Assembly (NCBI RefSeq): GCF_006345805.1
Contig: NC_043001.1
Span: 97,650,001 to 97,714,000 of the forward strand
Reading direction: 5' to 3'
Length of the DNA stretch: 64,000 nt
Origin: Octopus sinensis
Taxonomy: Eukaryota
Part shown: positions 52,332-64,000 of the stretch, in pieces
How the letters are laid out: every line of letters begins with the position of its first letter
Position numbering within the stretch: the stretch's first letter is position 1
Made by a program: the position numbers and the translations under genes
The notes under the pieces: generated by a model
Database searches by the model: none
What the model saw: only the letters and a program-made list of their open reading frames with translations
What the model was told of the DNA's origin: nothing

Positions 52332-52344
52332 TTCATTGGTTGAC

Positions 52345-52830
52345 ACAAACCAAACTGGCTAATGTAATCGAAATAATCCCACCTGCTTTAGGAACAAGGC
52401 GTGAAATTTTATGGGACCCCAGTATTCGACTTGTACTTATTTTATCAACCTCCGAAAAGCAAGGTTGATCTCGGTGGAATTTTAACTCAGACGAAATGCT
52501 GCTAAGCGTTTCTTTTCTCGGCCTCCTTTCATAGTCAATAAAATAATTATCAGTTGATCGTTGGGGGTCATTGTAATCGATGAACCCACACACCCAGAAC
52601 ATTCTGGAGTTGTACGAAAATTTGAAAGTAATATGCATTTTAAAATTACCCAGGCGAGTGGGTAGTGTAGCCGCATTACTTCTGGCTTTACGTTCTGATT
52701 TTAATTATGCATGGGATTTGCTTTGCTTTTCCTCCCTTTAATGCTCGTAAAATACGCACCAGAGAAAATCTTGGATCGATGTAGACGGCTAACCTACCCT
52801 CCTAAAGTTTTATCCTTTCTCCATCTAGAA
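52345..52830. mobile_element. Cluster of old SINE fragments in both orientations
   Basis: GACCCCAGTATTCGACTTGTACTTATTTTATCAACCTCCG..GGAATTTTAACTCAG (-); TTTCATAGTCAATAAAATAA..GGGGGTCATTGTAATCG and GGCGAGTGGGTAG..TACGTTCTGA (+). Confidence 0.6.
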
Positions 52831-53037
52831 GAAATAAGATACACGACATGTTGATTAGCAGTGGCTGGAGAGTGTTAAAGAATAAAACGACTCGTGAACT
52901 AATTTCACCGTTAAAAATTATAACCGACGGCTCGGCAAAATATTAGTTATGTTATACATACTATTCGTATATAAATGTTTACTTCAGAACAACCTAAGCA
53001 GTATCCCAGGAAGATGAAGCTTCGGATACATATACGC

Positions 53038-53373
53038 TTTTACTCTTTTACTTGTTTCAAGCATTTAACTGTGACCATGCTCGGGCACCGCCTTTAGTCG
53101 AGCAAATCGACCCCATGACTTATTTTTTGCAATAGTACTTATTCTATCGGTCTCTTTGGCCGAGCCGCTATGGTACGGGGACTTAAACACACCAGCATCA
53201 GTTGTTAAGCGATGTTGGGGGAACAAACACAAACACACAAACACACACACATACATATATACATATATACATATATTCATATATACATATATACGACGTT
53301 CTATTTTCAGTTTCCGTCTACCATCCCACTCACAAGGCTTTGGTCGGCCCGAAGCTACAGTAGAAGACACTTG
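53038..53373 (-). mobile_element. Major SINE, 5'-truncated
   Basis: TTTAGTCGAGCAAATCGACCCC..ACGGGGAC..CAGTTTCCGTCTACC..TAGAAGACACTTGC. Confidence 0.88.
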
Positions 53374-53409
53374 CGTGCCAGTTTCTTTCATTTGTCCACC
53401 CACCCGTGT

Positions 53410-53627
53410 ATAGGACTGGGTGCTGAAAGTTCCTGGCTTTAGTTAAAAAAAATATAGGAATATTTGTTATTCCCGTTTTTTTTTCAACATATTCACTCCT
53501 CAGATTCACACAGTTATTGCAACAGTCCTTCAGTTTTTCTGAGCCCTGTTAAAGAACTCGAAAAGTTGGGATCCCAACCCCGACACTTGCGATACCATTA
53601 ACGCTAGCAATTTTTCAGCACCCCTAT
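53410..53627. mobile_element. Mariner-type MITE
   Basis: Imperfect TIRs GGGTGCTGAAAGTTCCTGGC / GCTAGCAATTTTTCAGCACCC, near TA dinucleotides. Confidence 0.65.
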
Positions 53628-53717
53628 TGAGTGTGTGTGTATACATGCATAGATACATACATAAATATACATACATATATATGTGTATCTCTCTCTCTCT
53701 ATCTATCTATCTCTCTA

Positions 53718-53782
<65 letters not shown>

Positions 53783-53894
53783 ATGTATATATGTATATAT
53801 ATATATGTATATGTATATATATATACATCTATATATATACATACGTCTTTGTATGGATTAATTTGCACACACACACACACACACACAGACATAT

Positions 53895-53938
<44 letters not shown>

Positions 53939-53981
53939 GCAAATTAATCCATACAAAGATATATATATATATACATATATA

Positions 53982-55600
53982 TCTCTTATGATAAAAGGCA
54001 GATTTTCTCTGCCTGTTCCCATGTTTCTTTTTAATACAATTCTGCAATATAAATTTCTTCAATTGGAATTTACCTATGATTTTTCCAAGTAGATTCGATT
54101 GGGTCATGGCATGTAAAGTTTTTTCAATTTTTCACCCTTATTATGTGTGTGTGTGTGTGTGTGTGTGTGTATTAGCAATTCGTATAAAATTGCATCAATG
54201 ACTTGAACTTGAATAAGTGGTTTCACATAAATGGGAATAAATTAAAAAGGTTTGTTATTATTATTCCTGTTTGACTGTTGTAATCACGTTTGTTGGTTCC
54301 TTGTCAGGGAAACGTTGTTGTGTTGCATTTGTTAAATAATTGTAAACCGGAACCATCCCCCTTTCGGAGAAGGGGCTTTGGTTATTGTTTAAAAATTGAA
54401 TCGTGTCCCTGTTTGGGGAAATTGACAATATTTTAACCGTCTTTACGGAACCATTTTTGTTAAAATGCCTTCGATAGAAGAAAGTCCAAAAATGAATTTC
54501 GCTGCAGCCGTACACTTCTATACGAGAGGGTGAACAAGATCCAATTGATCGAAATTGCAAGAGACGGGCCTACAATTCCAGTCTGTTATATATTTTGAGT
54601 ATTGTTATCACTAGCGATATCAAGATATAACTTTGTATTTTGTATTTTATGTGTAGATGTAAGGCCATGTTTCGCAATGTCAATTAACAAAGCGCAGAGT
54701 CAAACACTGTCTGTGGCGGGAATACATTTGGGAGAGCCATTTTTCTCTGATGGTCAGCTTTATGTTGCCTGCTCGCGTGTCGGCCGCAACAGTGTTGCTT
54801 TCGCATTCGTTCCACAACGAAAAACAAAAAACATTGTGTACAAGGGGGTTTTATAGGATTACTATGTTTCATCATTTTCGAACACGTTAATATTTCACTT
54901 ACATACGACTCTCTTTTATGATGACATTACATTTTTAGGCGTTTCATGACATTAATTCACACTTAACCTGTCCTTCGCTCACCTCTGTTTCTATCCATTC
55001 ATCATCAAACCACCAGCCTCATCTTCTATATCCAACGTACATGACACATCTACCCCCTACATCTACACTCTCACTGTTAAAGTTTATATAAGAGACAACA
55101 CGATCGCAACATAAACGTTGGAAACTAAGCAACAGATCATTTTATACAACAACAAATTTAATCATAACACCCATCAATGAAAACATCTCCACCACTGTGT
55201 TGTGATTCATCTATTCAGTACCACTACAGTCTTGCCGGTCTGACATATGGTGAGTAGATGCTATTGTTCTATATTTTATAAATTACCCATATATACTTAC
55301 CCATACTTAATTCCCCTCTTGCCCACATAGGGCATCCATTCTCTTTTGACACAGCATGAAGTTTTGTAACAGCACATCTGCTGCCGTTCATGGAAAACGA
55401 AGAAACCCTATTCACCTGCGAACGTTTTACACCGCCTTCCACGACTATCAAATTCTCACAATTATGAGAACAATAACATGGCTCTTTTCAAGGCAACCTC
55501 GCATTCAATTCTTACACCATTCTACGAGGGGGTAGGAACCCCTTCACACAGCTTTCTATACACTTACAAATACATTCATTCGCCTTGAACTTATATCAAT
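53982..55600 (+). mobile_element. Helitron remnant (right boundary uncertain)
   Basis: 5' TC after (TA)n; contains the Pif1-like helicase C-terminus. Confidence 0.55.
54657..54856 (+). pseudogene. Helitron Pif1-like helicase C-terminal fragment
   Basis: FAMSINKAQSQTL..G..L..PFFSDGQLYVACSRV..TKNIVYKGVL* matches FAMTINKAQGQT/FSHGQLYVA.SRV. Confidence 0.9.
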
Positions 55601-56108
55601 TCTTGGGCTATTGTTAGAAATATTGTAAATAGTCTTTGTCAGGGATTTTTATATTTCAATTGTCATCATCATCATTGTCAGCACCTTAATTATTGTTGCT
55701 AGTGGTGATGGTGGTGGCAATAGAACTTTTAACCCTAAATAAGATAAATTTCCTGCTATCTTCATCTTGATCACCTTTAGTATTGTTGTTGTTGTTAGTG
55801 GTCATGGTCGTAGCAGTATAAGTAGTACCTCTAAGTATTATTATTATTAATGCTTATTTAGCTTTAAATTCGAACCCATTGCTGCCTCGGCCAGGGTTAA
55901 GATACACGACTCTTGACATGTTCAACAAAGCGTGATGCCTAAACCAACCAATCAGCTTAAGTAATTGAGTGATGCTACACACTGATTGGTCAGAATAAAG
56001 TTTGCAAAACCTAGCAATCTGGAGCCCACAGAGCTGTATTTAAGGCACAGATTTAACCATCTCGCTACAGTCAAAAATTGTGAAGTATGACTGTCACCAC
56101 TACTACAC

Positions 56109-56151
56109 GAACCTGAAGATTGCATAATTTAATGCATGAAAGTACTAGTTC
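56109..56151 (+). ncRNA. Minimal type-I hammerhead ribozyme (intact) in a pLTR-like segment ~55870-56205
   Basis: GAAC-CTGAAGA-T-TGCAT(aattta)ATGCA-T-GAAA-GTAC-TA-GTTC; palindrome AGTACT; CUA triplet. Confidence 0.9.
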
Positions 56152-56262
56152 AATCAGAATGAACATTTCTATTATTTTATTATATTCTATTATCTTATAT
56201 ATATCATTATAAGATTGTAAATAAAACGTGAAAATCAGACACGGTTGGAATTCCTTTTATTA

Positions 56263-56316
<54 letters not shown>

Positions 56317-56329
56317 GTATATATATATG

Positions 56330-56390
<61 letters not shown>

Positions 56391-56479
56391 ATGCAAATAC
56401 ATATGTATGCATGTATGCAGGTATGCATATATATAATTTTTACGTATGTATGTGTATATGGGTGTGTTTGCGTGTGTGT

Positions 56480-56546
<67 letters not shown>

Positions 56547-56962
56547 TGCCTGGCTGTGTACAAGCAATTGTCTTTACACGAATATATATAGAAATTCGAA
56601 ATAGATTTATTCATGAGTATAGAAACGCAGAGAGAATAAGAAATCCAGATATATTTATATAGGTAGCTGGAGGCCGTTGAAGCTTTCACATCCTATGCAA
56701 TACCAAATAGTATTTGCAATAGGGTAATATGAAATTAAGAATACCTTAACATGATAACGAAACCATTTTATATGGCAACAGTAAACCGAATCGTATCAAA
56801 ACTATTTTCTTATGTATGTTTATAAATTATTTCCTAATGGACAGTTATCTATTTTAATTCTCGTTTATAATTTCATATGCTTGTTTTGATATTCCAACGA
56901 GTTGTCTTCTATATCTCGAAGCTGTAACACCATTTATAGTCAGCTTTACAAAATTACAGTTG

Positions 56963-57035
<73 letters not shown>

Positions 57036-57212
57036 GTATATATATATAACGAAAATATTTACATTGCTAAGGAATCGTTTAAAAATGAACTCTATGCTAC
57101 TTGTATAAGAATATTCAGGCAACAGATGATGATATCAATCTTGTATTACCAGTAAGTTAATTACATATGTACAACTTCCGTATTTATTTTAAATTTTCAA
57201 TAATTTATAAAA

Positions 57213-57512
57213 GCGGAGGTGTAGTGATATGATGAGAAGTTTGCTTCTAATCCATATAGTTCTGGGTTCAGTCTCAAGCCTGGTAAATTCGGCAAATGCC
57301 TTTCATTATAACAAGTTCCAATATGTGCATACGTGCTTGCGTTTGTATCTCAACACCGTTGGTTTGTTCGTCCTCATGACCTAGCTAAAAGAGACCAAAT
57401 ATATAAGACCCACGCTTTATAAAATTAGTACTAGGCTGAATTCCTGGGACTAGACGCCTTCAACGAGACGCCTAAGCAAGGCCGAAATCTAATAAATGAT
57501 ACCTGAAAGATA
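57213..57512 (+). mobile_element. Strongly decayed copy of the major SINE
   Basis: GGGTTCAGTC..GGCAAATGCCTTTCATTATA..AAAAGAGACC..CTGAAAG. Confidence 0.5.
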
Positions 57513-57766
57513 AAAAGCCAAGACTATTTTGTGATCTTATGCCAGAGATACTCATAATGTTTATGTTTAAATTATATAATAGTAAGAACCTAGAGCGAAC
57601 TAGTAACGGTGTAGACCGTCTTCTTCAAAGTTTGTATTTTGTAGACCTTAGATTAGCTTTTCAGAAGTTAGATAATTTCATTCTTAGGAAATGGTAGTTT
57701 TCATTTCTCTAATACAATATGAAAATATCGTATAATACTTATTTGATCAGTCCAGTTCAATATAAT

Positions 57767-57856
57767 CTTCTTCTTCTTCTTCTTCTTCTTCTTCTTCTTC
57801 TTCTTCTTCTTCTTCTTCTTCTTCTTCTTCTTCTTCTTCTTCTTCTTCTTCTTCTT

Positions 57857-57887
<31 letters not shown>

Positions 57888-57916
57888 TTATTATTATATT
57901 ATTATTATTATTATTA

Positions 57917-57949
<33 letters not shown>

Positions 57950-57990
57950 CATTATCATCATCGTTATTATTATTATTATTATTATTATTA

Positions 57991-58032
<42 letters not shown>

Positions 58033-58151
58033 TATTATTATTATTATTATTATATTATTATCATCATCATCATCATCATCATCATCGTCGTCGTCGCCGT
58101 CGTCGTCGTCGTCATCCTCCTCCTCATCATCATCATCATCATCATTATCTC

Positions 58152-58181
<30 letters not shown>
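57767..58181. repeat. Compound trinucleotide tract (CTT)n-(ATT)n-(CAT)n-(CGT)n-(ATT)n
   Basis: Directly visible. Confidence 0.97.
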
Positions 58182-58182
<1 letters not shown>

Positions 58183-58295
58183 TTCTTTGCACAGCTTCTA
58201 ACGTTGGAGATGTGCTACGGTGTCAGGTGTACACTACCAGTAAACTAAGGTAACATCTCTTATTTTTAAAGCACCTTCCGGAGTATTCGAGTATT
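58182..58295 (-). mobile_element. Dong/R4-type LINE 3' end abutting (TAA)n
   Basis: Minus strand encodes RILRKVL* (~LLGTARILRKVL), then a short UTR running directly into (AAT)n. Confidence 0.6.
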
Positions 58296-59989
58296 TTTCA
58301 TCGACCATAACTGGTTGATAATTCTGGGTCAATGAATTTGATCGTGGGCCGCCAAGATAAAGCCTTCACTCTCCCACTTTTAATGGTATTTTATGATTCA
58401 GTGCGGTCATGAGATAGAGAATAGTAAGTTAGACATAGTCTTAATTGAGAAAGAAAGTAAACTATGCTGGATCATAGATATAGCATGCTCAGCTGACAAC
58501 AAGGTATGCGATAAGATAGAACAGTCGATAGATATGAAAGGTTAGCTTGGGAGGTTAAGCAGTTATGGTGGTTGAGAATGTAATTGAACGATTGTCGTTA
58601 GATGCTAAATACTTCTTCAGAGTGTACTGGATAGCACTACGATGCCAAATTTTGTCCATTTTCAAGAGACGTGATTAGTAGTTATTTTAAAATTATCTTT
58701 GAAGAGTTAGATGTCAGTTTAACAAGCGAGAAATAATCCATTTATTAACGAAAGGAGTCGACATCATATTATGCGAGATTTCACTGCGCTAGCGTCACTG
58801 TCTCCTAGTCCGCCTATGAACTTTTCAGCACACACTCGTACATAGCTTTTGTTATGCTACCTCACTGATATCTTCGTATGACTGAAGTGAATGGAAATAT
58901 GATACACTGCATTCATCCTGTTTGACTTAACAATAGCACAATGGAGTAAGTATAATAATTTTATACAAAAAAGAAGAACAATAAATAAATAACGAAAAAC
59001 GATAATTGTGCTGTTAAAAATGATACTTCAAGTGGTGTGTCATAATCCGTTTAGGTTGTGGCGAGTCAATTACATGGCATTTATAATTTGCCATTCCACA
59101 AGTAGGCGTCTCCACTTTTGTTTACTCTATCTCAATTCCTTTTAGACTCTTGTTACATGACCTTTGAAAGGAAATCAATGATATAAAAAAATGAATCGTT
59201 TCAGTATGTCTTTTTTTTCTTTCCTGAATGCTTACCATCAATGAAATCAAGGATTTAGAAAACGAAGATTTCTTTAGAAATTCGATTTTTCTGGATATGT
59301 TACATGATTCTATAGTTTTCATATATAATCAAGTATTCACATACTAACATTCTCATAAAAAGAAATGCATCGCATTAGTGTGAGATAGTTATCCACACTT
59401 GCTAGTCGAAAATAAGCTTTAAAAATCGATGGGTCCTTTTTTATTCTCATCAGGTGAGTAGCTTCTATTAAGCATTTAAGTGTGTGAGTTAACGAATATT
59501 AAATGTCTTCTTTAGAGATATTTCTCAATGTTTGGGACGGAATATGTAGCAAAATTAATTTAATAGCATATTAGCATGAGCAAATTTAATGTTATGCAAA
59601 GCTATGTATTCAGATATTGATTTGCGCCGCTAGTAGTACGTTCAATCCAGACTGCTATTTTTTTTTCTCTTTAAAACGTGTACGAGGTTTTCATATTATT
59701 TCCGATTAACTAAATTTGCAAAAAGCGACTTACGCTAATATCTTCGAATGCTGAATGTAGTGTGATAATTTAAAGTATAGTTTAGTGATGCAAAGTTTCA
59801 GATTGAAATTTTGCCAATTCTGTATGTGATAATAAACAGGTGTAGTAGATAAGAAACACACGCACACACACACACGCACAATCACACGCATACAGATACT
59901 CACAAACATACACACACACGTACATTTCTATATATATATATATATCAAAACACAAACACACATATATATGTGTGTTTATATATATATTA

Positions 59990-60027
<38 letters not shown>

Positions 60028-60055
60028 ACATATACTATATATACATACATATGTA

Positions 60056-60117
<62 letters not shown>

Positions 60118-60119
<2 letters not shown>

Positions 60120-60495
60120 TAATGAGAGATAATGGTGTCAGTGAGACACCAAATGTGTCAGATTATGCTGAATAAGTGGTATGGATAGACCAGAGTTTTG
60201 TTCCAGGTTCGGTGATTATGCGAATAAGGGATCCAACATAGGTCATATATCACCGTGTGTATGTAAAAAGGAACATTTCCGCACTGCGATAAAAAAACCA
60301 AAAGCTGTGTAGGTTTTAGAACATTTGTAAATACGATGTCTTACACCTGTTTCTAGGATATTTATTATATTCCATCCCTTCATCTTCTCACACTATCTCC
60401 GATGAAGGGATATAATAAATGTCCTAGAAACAGCTTTTATTTATAAATGTTCTAAAATCTACACAGCCTTGGTTTTTTATCTCATTACGGAAAAA
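60118..60495 (-). mobile_element. PLE-like insert in (TA)n, foldback centred on two partial CCGAUGA-type HHRs
   Basis: Homologous to 48210-48528. Arms 60277-60384 / 60401-60492. Minus copy ..GATGA-AGGGAT..ATCCTA-GAAA-CAGGTG-TA-AGAC; plus copy ATCT-CCGATGA-AGGGAT..GTCCTA-GAAA-CAGCT. Confidence 0.75.
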
Positions 60496-61835
60496 AACTT
60501 TATATATATATATATATATATACACATATATATGCCAACATGTATTTATAGTATACATAAAGGAAATATATGATAAAATGCAATGTTGCTTAACTGCAGA
60601 ATAAACTTGATTGACTCTGTCTTTCAGTAAAAATTTTCCTGTTTAGACAATATGCACCGGTTTTCTCTTCTTTTCGTTTTAATTTGTATTTAGGTATTAA
60701 AGATAAGGGAAGGCCCTAATGCAGACCACATCATACAATGCGTCGTTTTTAAAGACAACTGTGCGAGATTTGCGAGGTGATTCGTTTGTCCGAGACTTTC
60801 TTTAATATATTAAAGTAGTCATTAAGTGAAACATGACAGTGTACGGCTTAAAATGTAATTTGACCTATGCTGGAAAGTTAAGCTTTCACTTCTGTATCAA
60901 TTTCTATATTTTTTATTGAAACAAAGGCGGGCACACATCAAAATCATGAATGTTGTCATTGTTAATATCATATAAACATAGTTCCTGTGTTGTTTTAATA
61001 AAAGAACACATTTTGATCGAGCAAATAGCCATAGTATTTGGTAAATTACTCTGTTTTCATATCTAGTAAAACTAAATACAGTTATGAAATTGGAGAAAAT
61101 GATATGGTTTTAATGTCGAAATTTATTTGTGTAGAAAAAAAACAATAATAAACAAGACATCAAAGTTAAATAATTGTTGCGATGACAATATGATTTCTGC
61201 AGTTGATACAGTTTCAATGACTACCTATGAATGTTATCAACATAATAATTTAACATTTCAACATTTCGTTCACGTTACATTTGTAGCTCCTATCGAAACT
61301 ATCAGCATTATATCTATTTTCAGTTTCCTTAGATCAATTATCTTGTACTGTAATCTTTTTAGAAGTGGTTAAACTCTGTTATGACTGGATCGACATTTAG
61401 CGTTGGTGCCCGTGTGATTCTATTGAGAACTCTTATCACACAATCTTCTATGCACACCTTACCTCTTACTTTCTCCCATTTCTTTTATTCTCTCTAATGT
61501 ATTATTTTGTAATTACTGCAATTATTTTATTTTTCCAATCATTATACTTCACTTTTCTACACTTATTTTCCTCTCTCACTTTAATTTTAACGTATTCGTT
61601 CTATATTTGGCAGACCTCTCTTTCTCACTCATCGTGTCAGCTTCTCATTTGCAATAACTCCTCTCGTTTATCTTAAAAATCAAACTAAGCGCGAGACCGT
61701 TGTACAGCAGACGATTCATTTAAGTCTCCCTTTCAACTAATATCTCTCTTCACTCAATGCATTCTCTCAACCCTTTATGGTTTCTAATATGTGTTATATA
61801 AATAACTATCCCTACTACACTTCAAAAGTATATAA

Positions 61836-61909
<74 letters not shown>

Positions 61910-62015
61910 TATGTATATATATATATATACACACATATTTATGTATGTATATGCATATATATATATGTATATATATTTATGTAAATATACATGTATATGT
62001 GTGCATGCATATGTT

Positions 62016-62049
<34 letters not shown>

Positions 62050-62079
62050 ATTATATATATAATATATATATATCTATAT

Positions 62080-62159
<80 letters not shown>

Positions 62160-63744
62160 GTATATATGTAGGCAGGTAGTTATGTAGGTAGGTATGTAAG
62201 AAAATAGGTAGGTATATTATCTCTACAACATTTACACGCAGACGCAAGCGTGTACGTGTGTGTGTGTGTGTCTCTGTGTGTATGTGTGAATGCATCTAAT
62301 CTTAAACTTTCATGTGAAATTAATTAAATCGGCAAACCTTCGAAGTGAAAATGAGGGGAGATCAAGGTACAAATAATTAAAGTGAGAGATAGAATACACG
62401 GATGGAATAAGAGACAAGGAAAATAATAGTGAATATAAGTGGGAGCCATAAAAGGCTAAGATGTAAACGAAACCTGTAAGGGTTAACACATGTATCGGAG
62501 AGTTGGCAGGGTAAAAAGGAAAGGAAACTACAGAGAGAAGTAAGGAAGGGTAATAATATTGACCAGACACTTTCACGTCACCACACCTCCAGCTATCTCA
62601 TTCTCTCAATCGTACTCTATCAGGTTTCAAAGCTTTAGAAATAAACTAAATATCGACATGAATTGAATACTTCTTCGTAACAGTATCCTAAGATTTACTT
62701 AACATCAAAAAGAAAGATATAATCTTAATTTTATTTTATCAAAAGTTGAGCAAAAGTGCTACACTCTTCTGGGAGATTATAAATATATGTATTGATGTAT
62801 TTATGCAATTACGTATATGTGTATGTATATGAGTACGAATCCAAGTATATATGAGATGAAAAATAATAAACCTCAAGCGGTGTATAACTCAGAGTTGCAA
62901 AAGTCTAGAACAGAGATATTCCTGTGTCAGCAGCCAATGTATCAAATTAGGAAGAAAATATTTCTTTCTTGTAGTGTCCTCTAAAATGTATGAGTTGAAA
63001 CTATTTTACCTGCGATTAATACAAAACTACAAAATATCTCTATATATGAGAATACAGCAATTGTTTGTCTGGTGAAAGTTTATATCATAAAATAATTTCA
63101 GAAATTTTATAATAAATTTTCTTTAAATTCTGATTTAATAGAAACATATTTAAAATATAAAACATTTTCCTGTAACTTATATTTTATTCAAGATTAAAAT
63201 ATATTTTGGTTGGCTTAATAACACTTGCATTTTGATCTTGTTTTGAATTGTACAAAAAGGGAGAGGGCTATAAATAGAGTTATCTCAATAATTATGCCCG
63301 ATATCCATTAACTGCTCAGTTAATTGATATTGATACATGGGGCAACTTTTCTCAGTCAGGGTTAACAAGAATGCATCTGCTAACTGAATCTGTTCTTCCA
63401 TGATCCACTGCCTCAATGTCATATTGCCCTATGTAAACCTTAACCACACTACTACAAAGAAAACCCAGTCTCCATGAAGGATTAAAGAAACATGTTGCAA
63501 ATACACACAGGCAATTCAGTGTGGAAAACTATACTTATCTGATTGCAAATATCCCCCAAAAAATCATCATAAAATCTAGTACCAGGTAGTCCAGATCCAT
63601 GCTGAGTTATTGACCTCGTATTGAAGCAAATGAACTGTTTAGCTGCTTCAATTTAAGTCATAAAAATGAAGCAACATCAGATATTGATTTCCACCGTATT
63701 AAGATGGGTTTTGCCTCTGCCAAATTATGTTTACACATTTTGGC

Positions 63745-63942
63745 ACAGTGCCTGCAATTTGGAGAAAGGGAGTACGTCGATTATATCGGCCACAATTCTC
63801 AACAGGTAATTATTTTATTGACCCTGAAATGGTGAAAGGCAACTTCGACAACGGTGAAATTTTGAACTCAGCTCTTTAAAAAGTACGAAAGATACCTATA
63901 TACATTTTGCCCGGCATGCTAATGATTCTGCCAGCTCGCCGC
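63745..63942 (-). mobile_element. tRNA-derived SINE (Meta-domain-like core)
   Basis: TCGATTATATCG..TTATTTTATTGACCCTGAAATGGTGAAAGGCAA..TTTGAACTCAG..CCGGCATGCTAATGATTCTGCCAGCTCGCC. Confidence 0.7.
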
Positions 63943-64000
63943 ATATTACTCACCATTCTATTTTAGACAAACAAAAACAACTGTCCATAAAGCAAATAAT

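Overview
AT-rich, repeat-saturated eukaryotic DNA with no supportable host gene exon. The SINE families and the density of (TA)n/(TCTA)n/(TAA)n microsatellites suggest an octopus/cephalopod genome (inference). Most listed ORFs are microsatellite translations. The window holds decayed mobile elements: mariners, two Helitron remnants, CR1/L2-type and Dong/R4-type LINE ends, possible Gypsy and BEL relics, and many tRNA-derived SINEs. The main signal is a set of minimal type-I hammerhead ribozyme (HHR) motifs: four intact (4116-4158 +, 5221-5290 -, 40950-40992 -, 56109-56151 +) and about ten variant or decayed ones. They lie in short non-coding Penelope-like/retrozyme-like inserts with partial tandem repeats and 5' inversions, often inside (TA)n tracts. 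Most families carry a different palindromic stem III. The cleanest insert (40785-41499) has a 354-nt unit, an inverted copy and a 13-bp target-site duplication. A ~3.4-kb foldback at the window start probably belongs to the same class. All structures were read by eye; no folding or database search was run.
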